Shown: in pieces, positions 56,103 through 64,000 of the stretch | Numbering within the stretch: position 1 is the stretch's first letter | Layout of the letters: the number at the start of each line of letters is the position of its first letter | From: Parcubacteria group bacterium | GTDB taxonomy: Bacteria; Patescibacteriota; Minisyncoccia; Moranbacterales; UBA2206 | Length of the DNA stretch: 64,000 bases | NCBI GenBank assembly: GCA_041664225.1 | Contig: JBAYLE010000002.1 | Location: forward strand, 3,541-67,540 | Reading direction: 5' to 3' | Translations under genes and position numbers: made by a program | The notes under the pieces: model-generated | What the model saw: the letters and a program-made list of their open reading frames with translations, nothing else | What the model was told of the DNA's origin: nothing | Databases searched by the model: none

Positions 56103-56128
56103 AAACCGCTAGGGAATAGCGGTTTTAA
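56100..56128 (+). terminator. Rho-independent terminator
   Basis: AAAACCGCTA-gggaa-TAGCGGTTTT, a perfect 10-bp stem. Confidence 0.8.
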
Positions 56129-56315
56129 AGATATTGAGAGTGTCGCACAATGTATCTTATGCGACACTGTATGTTATTATAACTTGCGAACTTGGCTTCC
56201 TTACGGGATACATGCATGTGTGTCCAACCCTATCCGATATTGCTAAAGATATAGGTATACAACAAGCCCAAAGCAAATTTATGTTCAGTTTTATTTTTTA
56301 TAACAAACTGTTTTT

Positions 56316-57662
56316 TTATTTGTAAATAATCATCTGATCAATCTTGGTTCCACTATCCGCGCCGAGTTTTCCAACCAGAGACCGCGAAGTACCTAGATAA
56401 AGATTTGACCCAAAATATGGATCATGGACTATATAGTCCTTCTTGTCCTTATTGTGAATGACCACATAGTGCCCTCCCCTACCGTTGGTTTTTTTGATAT
56501 ACACAATCACCAGGTGATCCTTAGAAATTTCTGAATCTATGGTTTTCCAATTAATGTTTCCGTGATTGATCGAGGAAATCAACTCAATATCTGGAGGTGA
56601 CCAATCATTGGGCCATTTTATAAGATCATAGTAATATATTTTTTGTTTCGCCATTTTTCCGGGATCGATACTGGCGCCATAATATTTAAAGGTCATCGAG
56701 ACAGATGTCAGCGCGCATCCATAATCTTCGATCGTAGAACTGGAATTTCCGATTCTTTTGCTGCCCCATCGCGGATCCTTTTGCGAAAAATACCAACTCG
56801 TGGAAGCCAGATGGTCCGTCGGTTTTGGATAACTGCTGACGCTCGCATCGACATCCGCCAAATTTCCCGCGGAACTAAAATTAAAAAGCTCTGTTTTCTG
56901 CTGTTCAACCCTAGCCAGAAGTTGCTGATATTTTTGTTCTTCACCCTGAGTTTGAGAAAGCAGGGTTTGTTTTTGTATCTCAGTGGCTTGCAAGCTGTAG
57001 CTTTTGCTTTGCAGGTCTTTTTTTAATTGTTCACTCGCTTGTTTTTTCTTCTGAATATCATCGTATTCGTTTTGCAAGTCAATCTTGGCCTGTCTGATCG
57101 TATTTAAAACTTCACTTACACGGCTGCTTGACTGCTCTATATAGTCTGCTTTATTGAAGATTTCGGAAAAATCTTTATTGATCAAAACGATATTCAACAC
57201 TCCTGCTTGGTAATCTTCGTAGTATGACTGAAGAAGGCCAGTTAAGATCAACTGCTGATATTTTACCAGATCTTCTTTGTAATTTATTTCTTGTTGCAGA
57301 TCCTCTATTTGCTGGTTTAGCTGATCAGCCTGAGATTGAGTCTGTTGTAATTGTGTTTTGTTACGCGTTTGTTCCGCGTCAATAAGCGCCATCTGATCTT
57401 TTAGCGTGTGCTGTTGCTTGTTTTTTATATCAATCAAGTCCTGGTATGCCTTGGCCTTTTTTTCCAAAATTTCACATTTGTCCTTGTCATCTCCCGTCAA
57501 TTGGTCACAATCATCACTATCCGCCCTGCTTCTGGTAAAATTAAAAAGCAGCAAACAAAAAATCGCCGCCGCTAAAAAAAGAAACTTAAAACGACCTAAA
57601 TTTGCTTTGGTTTTTATTTCAAATCTATTCACAGCTATATTATAGCACAAAAAACACCGCAT
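56316..57662 (-). CDS. Secreted coiled-coil protein with a C-terminal papain-like (Peptidase_C39_2/CHAP-like) cysteine peptidase domain
   Basis: It has a signal anchor and about 250 aa of Q/E/K/L heptad-rich sequence. The C-terminus FSQKDPRWGSKRIG...DYGCALTSVSM...HYVVIH...HDPY has Cys and His consistent with a C39-like peptidoglycan hydrolase. Confidence 0.6.
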   Translation of the reverse strand: MRCFLCYNIAVNRFEIKTKANLGRFKFLFLAAAIFCLLLFNFTRSRADSDDCDQLTGDDKDKCEILEKKAKAYQDLIDIKNKQQHTLKDQMALIDAEQTRNKTQLQQTQSQADQLNQQIEDLQQEINYKEDLVKYQQLILTGLLQSYYEDYQAGVLNIVLINKDFSEIFNKADYIEQSSSRVSEVLNTIRQAKIDLQNEYDDIQKKKQASEQLKKDLQSKSYSLQATEIQKQTLLSQTQGEEQKYQQLLARVEQQKTELFNFSSAGNLADVDASVSSYPKPTDHLASTSWYFSQKDPRWGSKRIGNSSSTIEDYGCALTSVSMTFKYYGASIDPGKMAKQKIYYYDLIKWPNDWSPPDIELISSINHGNINWKTIDSEISKDHLVIVYIKKTNGRGGHYVVIHNKDKKDYIVHDPYFGSNLYLGTSRSLVGKLGADSGTKIDQMIIYK

Positions 57663-57692
57663 TAAAACCGGCCTCGAGATCTAAAAAAGAAT

Positions 57693-59177
57693 TTATAGCT
57701 TATTTAGGGCCATTTTCACTCTTTCAAGACTTTCGTATTTCCCTAAGACCCACGCCACTTCAAAGGGTGGGGGTGATTTTTGTTCCCCTGTGAGCGCTAC
57801 GCGCAACGGCCACAATAAATCACCGCGCCGATCTCCCGCAACTTCTAAAAGATTTTTTTCTAAGTTTTCTTTGGTCCAATCCGCATCTACCATATTTTCC
57901 AAAACCTGAACAGATTTTTCCAAATTATTTTTCAAATCTTCATCACTCATTTTTTTCCAGCGCAATAATTCTTTGTCGTAATTTACATCCTGGAAAAAGA
58001 ATTTGCTACTGTCCCCTACCCCGAAAAAGTTCGCGAGTCTTTCCTGCTCAATAGCCAAAACTTTTTTTATATATTCCTCCGTTTTTTTGTCATCGCTTGC
58101 GTTTTTAAAAAAATCTTTTTGCTCCAAAAATTCTTTGGCTTTTTCATAAAGTTCATCCACGGACAATTTTTTAATATATTGCGCGTTCAGCCAGTCCAGT
58201 TTTTTGAGATCAAAAATGGCCCCAGCTTTGTGAACATGCGCGAGATCAAATTTTTTAACCAACTCTTCCGTGGAAAAAATTTCCTGAGTGCTCCCTTCTC
58301 CAGGATTCCAACCTAAGAGCGCGACAAAATTTATAATGGCCTCTTTCAAATATCCTTTTTGAATATAATCTTCCACACTGACATCCCCCTGTCTTTTGGA
58401 AAGCTTGGTCTTGTCCGGATTTAAGAGCAGCGGCAAATGAGCAAACTCCGGCACTTCCCAGCCAAAACCTTGATATAGTTGGATGTATTTCGGTGTGCTG
58501 GAAATATATTCCTCACCGCGGAGCACGTGGTTAATTTGCATCAGATGATCATCGACCACGTTAGCAAAATTATACGTCGGATAACCATCCGACTTCATCA
58601 GAATCTGATCATCTAAAAGATCGTTTTTTATTTTTACTTTTCCACGTACCATGTCATCATATTCCGTAAATCCTTCTGTGCTTATTTTTTGGCGGATGAC
58701 AAATTTTTCTCCGGCTTCTATCCTGGTTTTGATTTCATCCGCTGCTAATTTGAGACAACTCCGATTATACATCGGCGCTTGCTTTTTCTCCGCCTGTCCG
58801 GCCCGCATTTTTTCTAGGCACTCTGGCGTGCAAAAACAATAATAAGCCTGGCCCTTTTCAATAAGCTCTTCCGCATATTTTTTGTAAATATCCAGCCGTT
58901 CGGATTGAATATACGGCCCATATTCGCCTTTTTGAGTAACTTTTCCACTTTCGATGTAAACGCCTTCGGAATATTCAAGACCGGCCCAATTCATTATTTG
59001 GACCAATTTTTCCAAGGCGTCCTGCACATATCTTTTTTGATCCGTGTCTTCAACGCGCAAAATAAAGGTTCCTTGATGCTTTTTGGCAAAAAGAAATGTA
59101 TACAACGCCGTCCGAAAATTTCCGACATGCATATAGCCCGTCGGCGATGGCGCAAATCTGACACGAATTTTATTCAT
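57693..59177 (-). CDS. gltX: Glutamate--tRNA ligase
   Basis: Start at MNKIRVRFAPSPTGYMHVGN, which contains the HIGH motif. KLSKRQ is the KMSKS-type motif. The ORF-track start is 10 codons upstream. Confidence 0.95.
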   Translation of the reverse strand: MNKIRVRFAPSPTGYMHVGNFRTALYTFLFAKKHQGTFILRVEDTDQKRYVQDALEKLVQIMNWAGLEYSEGVYIESGKVTQKGEYGPYIQSERLDIYKKYAEELIEKGQAYYCFCTPECLEKMRAGQAEKKQAPMYNRSCLKLAADEIKTRIEAGEKFVIRQKISTEGFTEYDDMVRGKVKIKNDLLDDQILMKSDGYPTYNFANVVDDHLMQINHVLRGEEYISSTPKYIQLYQGFGWEVPEFAHLPLLLNPDKTKLSKRQGDVSVEDYIQKGYLKEAIINFVALLGWNPGEGSTQEIFSTEELVKKFDLAHVHKAGAIFDLKKLDWLNAQYIKKLSVDELYEKAKEFLEQKDFFKNASDDKKTEEYIKKVLAIEQERLANFFGVGDSSKFFFQDVNYDKELLRWKKMSDEDLKNNLEKSVQVLENMVDADWTKENLEKNLLEVAGDRRGDLLWPLRVALTGEQKSPPPFEVAWVLGKYESLERVKMALNKL

Positions 59178-59272
59178 AAATTTATTCTTTGTCCTTGCTG
59201 AAAACAACGGCTAGCGAAGCAATCACAAATATCAATATAACTATACCGATTATAATAACCATATTGGGCATA

Positions 59273-59683
59273 TTATTTCTCGTCTGTTTCCTTTTCTTCC
59301 TTTTCTTTTCTTATCAATTTCCAGTGAACCAAAAGTATCGGCAAGGCAATGATGACCATCGTCAGCGCGTCGATGATTTTGTTCTGCCGGGCTGGATTGA
59401 TGCATTTGTCCCCTGACTGGTTTTCTTTCCAGTTTTCATAGTCCTTGAGCAATGCGTCAATTTGAGTTTTTTGAACTTCTGTTGCGCCCTCCTTTGAAAT
59501 AACAGATGCTACGGGTGGCGGATTATTGCATTCATAGTAGCTCTTTTTTTCCGCTTCTGGGAATATTGCATATTTTAGCCCGGTATTGAGCAGTGTCCCG
59601 GTCCCAATCGCCACAAACAGCAAACTCACTGCCGCGATGAGATAGAGATAGATAGTTTTGATTAACTTCGCTTTGGTTGTCAT
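59273..59683 (-). CDS. Small membrane-anchored hypothetical protein (136 aa)
   Basis: It has an N-terminal TM helix and a C-terminal TM helix. The C-terminal tail is K/E-rich. Confidence 0.5.
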   Translation of the reverse strand: MTTKAKLIKTIYLYLIAAVSLLFVAIGTGTLLNTGLKYAIFPEAEKKSYYECNNPPPVASVISKEGATEVQKTQIDALLKDYENWKENQSGDKCINPARQNKIIDALTMVIIALPILLVHWKLIRKEKEEKETDEK

Positions 59684-59705
59684 AGTTTTTTGTTAATTAT
59701 TTATT

Positions 59706-60437
59706 TCAGCCAGAGGCTGATCCGCCTTTGGCGGAAAAAATTATTTTTATTGGAAAAATTATTACAGCATTAAAAATTTTCTTTATTCTGTATCTGGGTT
59801 CTTGCAGCAGCCGAAAAAGCCATTCAAGTCCGATTTGGCGCATCCGTCTGGGTGCTCTTTTCACCTTCCCCGTGAGATAATCAAAACTACCGCCCACACC
59901 TATCGCTAGCTTAATTTTAGCACTTTCCTGGCTTTTCAGCGAGTGCAAAAATTTCTCCTGAAAAGGTGCGCCGAAAGAGCAAAGGATGATTGAATAATCT
60001 ATAATCGGCAATTTATAACCGGTGATGTTACTACTCAAATTCGCGCCACTAACTTGCAGTTTTGGATATTTTTTCAAAATTGCTTCGCGCGTTTCTTCCC
60101 AGGTGCTCAATCCCCCACCATTGGCAACGAGAAAAATTTTGATATTATCTTTTTCCGCGATTTTCAAAATATCTTCCGTTAGATCTACTCCGACAATTCT
60201 GGTTTTTAATTTTTGGCCATATCTCCAAAAAGCAAACTTTATTCCCACTCCATCAGCCACATTTAGATCACAGCTATTTAATATTTTTTTAAACTCCTCG
60301 TCTTTTTGCGCTTTTAAAATAAACTCTGGATTGACCGTGGCGATCTGATGGATCTTTTCTTCACGCAAAAACTCGTTCACTTTTTCAAGTACTTCGGTTT
60401 TTGTTAAATTATCAACTCTAATCCCCAAAATATTCAT
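59706..60437 (-). CDS. WecB/TagA/CpsF-family (GT26) glycosyltransferase
   Basis: MNILGIRVDNLTKTEVLEKV...VNPEFI... matches the GT26 WecG/TagA pattern. The length is 243 aa. Confidence 0.85.
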   Translation of the reverse strand: MNILGIRVDNLTKTEVLEKVNEFLREEKIHQIATVNPEFILKAQKDEEFKKILNSCDLNVADGVGIKFAFWRYGQKLKTRIVGVDLTEDILKIAEKDNIKIFLVANGGGLSTWEETREAILKKYPKLQVSGANLSSNITGYKLPIIDYSIILCSFGAPFQEKFLHSLKSQESAKIKLAIGVGGSFDYLTGKVKRAPRRMRQIGLEWLFRLLQEPRYRIKKIFNAVIIFPIKIIFSAKGGSASG

Positions 60438-60468
60438 TTACCAAAAACTAAAAACTACAAACCAAAAA

Positions 60469-61011
60469 CTATTTGAGCGGACAACTTTGGATAATTGTAT
60501 ATTCCATGCCATCGCCTTCAAATTCACTAGCCATAATATCCACACTCTCCGCTGTGATTGTCAGTGGAAAATTTTTATTAATTATTGGCAATTCAGCCAG
60601 TGCCTGCCATTTATGTTGTCTGATTTTTCCTAGCGTTATATGCGGACGAAAAGATTTCTTGCTGGTGGAAAAAATATCCAGAGCTTTCTCTATTTTTTCC
60701 CGTAAATTTTTCAATTCTTCATTGGCATTGCCCGCAAGCCAAATCATGCGCGGTTCTGCCTCGGACGGCCCCAGGCAGATTTTTTCAAATTCCAGGTCAA
60801 AAATTTCGGTATTTACAACAGCCTCACAGACGTTTGCGCAAATTTCTGGGATAAAGTCATCCACTACATGGCCCAAAAATTCTAGTGTTATGTGCAAATT
60901 TGGCTCTTTTACCCATTTTACAGGCAAATCCTGCCACTCCTCAGTGGCTCGACAAAGGCTTTTTTTGGTTTTTGCGAGCAAATTTATACTGATGAATATT
61001 TTACGCTTCAT
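60469..61011 (-). CDS. ligT: RNA 2',3'-cyclic phosphodiesterase / 2'-5' RNA ligase (2H phosphoesterase, LigT/ThpR)
   Basis: There are two H-x-T-x motifs, LHITLEFLG and RPHITLGKI. Confidence 0.8.
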   Translation of the reverse strand: MKRKIFISINLLAKTKKSLCRATEEWQDLPVKWVKEPNLHITLEFLGHVVDDFIPEICANVCEAVVNTEIFDLEFEKICLGPSEAEPRMIWLAGNANEELKNLREKIEKALDIFSTSKKSFRPHITLGKIRQHKWQALAELPIINKNFPLTITAESVDIMASEFEGDGMEYTIIQSCPLK

Positions 61012-61094
61012 ACTCTCAGATTAGCCGAAAATGGTCTTTTTAGCAAGATAATATCGACTTTTATTTTTACCTTGAAAAATGCTATCCTTATGCC

Positions 61095-63095
61095 ATGGAA
61101 CCAGCTCAAAAAAATATAACGGATGTTGTGCCAATGACGCGCATACCCTTGACAAAAAATCAGTCTTTTTCTTATTTATGCGATCAAAAGTTGACTGCGG
61201 GAACGTTGGTCAGTATCCCGCTGTTTCGTAGGAACGTATTGGGAATCGTGACCGGCAATCGCCCTGATTTTGAAAGACTCGGAAATATTGAATTAAAGAA
61301 GATAGAAAAAATTATAGAGGAATCATTCTTGACAGAGTGTCAACTAAAACTTGCCTCATTTATTTCGGACTACTATTTATCCCCTCTTGGAATTGTTTTA
61401 AAGTCTTTTCTTCCAAAACGGGTGAAGATTCGTAACCCAAAACCTGAAACCCAAAACCTGAAACACAATGACATCAAACTAACCAAAGGACAACAAAAGG
61501 CAGTCGATGAAATTACTAAAAACCAAAAACTAAAAACTAAAAACTATCTTTTGTTTGGTCCCGCCTCTTCCGGAAAAACAGAAGTCTATATCCACTCGAT
61601 TTTAAAATTAAAAAAAAGGAATCCAGCCGCACAGTTTTTGGTCTTGTTGCCGGAACTGACTCTGACGCCCCAAGCGCTTGAAAGATATGGAGAATATTTC
61701 AAATCGGAAGAAATTGCCGTTTTGCATAGCAAAATTTCCAAGGGCCAATTTTATTCCAATTGGCAGAAAATAAAGTCTGGCAAAGCCAAAATTATCATCG
61801 GTTCCCGCATGGCTGTTTTTGCGCCATTTAAAAATTTAGCCTTGATCGCAGTGGACGAAGAACAGGACATATCTTTCAAACAATGGGAAATGAACCCGCG
61901 CTATGATGTACGCACCACGGCAGAAAAATTAGCCCAGATACATGAGGCCTTAATTGTTTTTGGTTCAGCGACACCCAGAATTGAATCTTTTTATAAAGCC
62001 CAAAAGAAAGAATACCGGCTGCTTGAATTGCCGCCTTTGAGATTAGCTGGCCTGGAATTGTTGGACTCCAATATTGAATTGATAGATATGAAAAAAGAAC
62101 GCTGGATCAAAAATTATTCATCCATCAGCAAAAAATTGCAATCCGAAATCGCTTACGCGCTGAAAAATAAGCTACAAAGCATCTTGCTTATTAATCGCCA
62201 AGGCATGAGCACTTTTTCAATCTGCGCAGAGTGCAAAACAGTTCTGCGCTGCCCAAAATGCGAACGCGCGCTGATTTATGACAATTCAGGAGTATATAAA
62301 TGCGTCCATTGCGCCTACAAAACATCTATTACGCCTGAGTGTTCTAAATGCAAGGGGCTGTCTTTTGCCAACATCGGTTTAGGAACCCAAAAAGTTGAGC
62401 GCGAAATCAAAAACCTATTCCCTAGCGCCAAAGTTGCCAGGGCAGATAGCCAAAGCATGAAAGCTCATGATGCCCAAGATGTTTTATATAAAAATTTTAA
62501 GCAAGGATCGATAGATATTTTGGTCGGAACCCAGATGATTTCAAAGGGCTGGGATTTGCCAAATATGGCCCTGATTGGTATTATTGATGGAGACGCAATG
62601 CTCTCAATGCCTGATTTTTCAACCGAGGAAAGGGCTTATCAAAATATAATTCAGGCCGCCGGACGCGTGAGCAGGCTTGGAGCAAAATTTCCAGGCCGAG
62701 TTTTTCTTCAAACATTTAATCCGGAACAAAAGATTTTTAAAACTATCGCTGATAAAGATTTTTCAGTTTTCTGCGAAAAAGAAATTAAAGAAAGAAAGAG
62801 CCTTGATCTTCCGCCTTTTGGAAAATTAATCAAACTGATTTTTCAGGATTTCGATCCTCAAAAGGCTGGTTTAGAAACAAATCGCGTCTTCGATATCCTA
62901 GAAGAAAAAGCCGACAAAAATGTAAAAGTATTTGAACCGCAAAACGCCTTCCTGTCTAATATTCGTGGGCGTTTCAGAAAGCAAATTATTATTAAAATCA
63001 AAAAAGGGCCGGAGATACCGGAAAAGATAAGAAAAATCTTACTTTCCTTGTCTCGCGGCTGGATAATAGACATCGATCCAATTTCAATTATATAA
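61095..63095 (+). CDS. priA: Primosomal protein N' (PriA helicase)
   Basis: The Walker A is LLFGPASSGKTEVY. VDEEQD is the DEAD-like motif. The zinc ribbon is CAECKTVLRCPKCERAL...CVHC. Confidence 0.9.
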   Translation: MEPAQKNITDVVPMTRIPLTKNQSFSYLCDQKLTAGTLVSIPLFRRNVLGIVTGNRPDFERLGNIELKKIEKIIEESFLTECQLKLASFISDYYLSPLGIVLKSFLPKRVKIRNPKPETQNLKHNDIKLTKGQQKAVDEITKNQKLKTKNYLLFGPASSGKTEVYIHSILKLKKRNPAAQFLVLLPELTLTPQALERYGEYFKSEEIAVLHSKISKGQFYSNWQKIKSGKAKIIIGSRMAVFAPFKNLALIAVDEEQDISFKQWEMNPRYDVRTTAEKLAQIHEALIVFGSATPRIESFYKAQKKEYRLLELPPLRLAGLELLDSNIELIDMKKERWIKNYSSISKKLQSEIAYALKNKLQSILLINRQGMSTFSICAECKTVLRCPKCERALIYDNSGVYKCVHCAYKTSITPECSKCKGLSFANIGLGTQKVEREIKNLFPSAKVARADSQSMKAHDAQDVLYKNFKQGSIDILVGTQMISKGWDLPNMALIGIIDGDAMLSMPDFSTEERAYQNIIQAAGRVSRLGAKFPGRVFLQTFNPEQKIFKTIADKDFSVFCEKEIKERKSLDLPPFGKLIKLIFQDFDPQKAGLETNRVFDILEEKADKNVKVFEPQNAFLSNIRGRFRKQIIIKIKKGPEIPEKIRKILLSLSRGWIIDIDPISII

Positions 63096-63097
63096 AA

Positions 63098-63559
63098 ATG
63101 GCCCAATTGCAAATCATTACTTATCCAAATCCCATTCTTCAGAAAAAAACCACGAAGATAAAGGATGCCAAAAGTCCGGAAATAAAGGAACTTATTTTGG
63201 ATATGCTCGAAACCTTGGAACAAAACAGCGGGGTCGGCCTAGCGGCTCCTCAGGTCGGAAAATCATTGAAGCTGTGTGTCATTAAGCTTGCTGGCCGGAC
63301 GCACATACTCATCAACCCGGAAATCAAGTCGAAATCTTGGCGCAAAACCATCGAAGAAGAAGGCTGTCTTTCCTTTCCAGGTCAATTCATTCCCGTAAAA
63401 AGATCATCTACGGTTAAAGTTAAGGCTGAAAACAGAGCTGGAAAAGCAGTAACCCTTTCCGCTGAAGGCTTATTTTCAAGGGCGTTACAACACGAAATAG
63501 ACCATTTAAACGGCATCCTTTTCATAGACAGAAAAGCGAAAAAAGCAAGAAAAAAATAA
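63098..63559 (+). CDS. def: Peptide deformylase
   Basis: The motifs are GVGLAAPQVG, EGCLSFPG and HEIDHLNG. Confidence 0.95.
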   Translation: MAQLQIITYPNPILQKKTTKIKDAKSPEIKELILDMLETLEQNSGVGLAAPQVGKSLKLCVIKLAGRTHILINPEIKSKSWRKTIEEEGCLSFPGQFIPVKRSSTVKVKAENRAGKAVTLSAEGLFSRALQHEIDHLNGILFIDRKAKKARKK

Positions 63560-63616
63560 AGAACTTTTTAGACGCTTTTCAAACAACCCATAATTAGCGA
63601 GTAACACAACTAAAAA

Positions 63617-64000
63617 TGAAAACAAATAAAAGCGCAATCAAACTCAGGACTATTTTTATGGGAACATCTTCTTTCGCTGAAAATATCCTGTCCGCGCTTC
63701 TTACTAGCCAATATAACATCATTTCTGTATATACTCAGCCAGATAAAAAGGTCGGCCGCACCCAAGAATTGCAAAAGAGTGCGGTAAAATTGACTGCGGA
63801 AAAAAACAACATTCCTGTTTATGGTCCTGCAAGAATCGACGAATCGGTTTTTCAGGAATTGAAAAATCAGAAGCCCGATCTGATCGTCGTGGCCGCTTAC
63901 GGCAGAATATTGCCAGAAAATGTCTTGGCTCTTCCCGGGTTTGGGGCACTGAATGTGCATGCCTCCTTGCTGCCCAAATACCGCGGGCCATCCCCTATCC
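63617..64000 (+). CDS. fmt: Methionyl-tRNA formyltransferase, N-terminal part (continues beyond the window)
   Basis: MKTNKSAIKLRTIFMGTSSFA...NVHASLLPKYRGPSPI is present. There is no stop before the window end. def-fmt are in operon order. Confidence 0.85.

Noticed and set aside
56134-56325. 63-aa ORF in the convergent intergenic region after the M23 gene
   Set aside because: It spans hairpins and terminator-adjacent sequence, has no RBS, and its hydrophobic low-complexity translation is not credible. The region is better explained as structured RNA or intergenic.
60473-61024. 183-aa plus-strand ORF antisense to ligT
   Set aside because: The ligT frame contains both H-x-T-x motifs. The antisense frame has none.
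63610-63991. Two minus-strand ORFs at the window end
   Set aside because: They are antisense to the clearly recognisable fmt N-terminus (…HASLLPKYRG…), which runs off the window on the plus strand.
1-64000. Mobile elements, prophage, integrases, tRNA/rRNA genes
   Set aside because: No transposase, integrase or recombinase motifs, phage structural genes, tRNA cloverleafs or rRNA signatures were recognised by eye. The only compositional island is the single oxidoreductase cassette, which has no flanking repeats.

Overview
The window is 64 kb of gene-dense, low-GC (about 35-38%) bacterial sequence with no rRNA, tRNA, CRISPR array or obvious transposase. Coordinates 1-45339 form one very large cell-envelope glycan / protein-glycosylation locus. 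It contains at least 9 soluble-type glycosyltransferases (GT2, GT4, GT9-like, GT26) and at least 8 large polytopic GT-C/PMT-like membrane proteins, including a tightly overlapping tandem array of four paralogs. It also encodes two nucleotide-sugar dehydrogenases, an epimerase, two methyltransferases, a NUDIX hydrolase, three flippase/transporter-type proteins, an O-antigen-ligase-like protein, an LCP ligase and a membrane-anchored GH28 hydrolase. The remainder, 45358-64000, is housekeeping: ctpA, rplI, pyrG, rpmA, a pyrH-like kinase, a PAS histidine kinase, a PD-(D/E)XK nuclease, iscR-iscS-iscU, an M23 peptidase, gltX, a GT26, ligT, priA, def and fmt. Gene content and style (PMT-type GT-C arrays, archaeal-like UMP kinase, C39-like and M23 peptidases, frequent lack of Shine-Dalgarno sequences) suggest an uncultivated Patescibacteria/CPR-like or similar low-GC bacterium. 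That lineage assignment is inference. Features not explained by protein-coding annotation include a single GC-rich (about 52%) gene with its own consensus promoter and terminator at 33553-34850. A GC-rich structured 340-nt intergenic element sits at 26700-27045. A nested-helix leader precedes the GT2 gene at 9870. A long-range inverted repeat abuts the histidine-kinase promoter. There are several operator-like palindromes. An identical 25-nt heptanucleotide microsatellite is shared by a GT4 gene and iscS.
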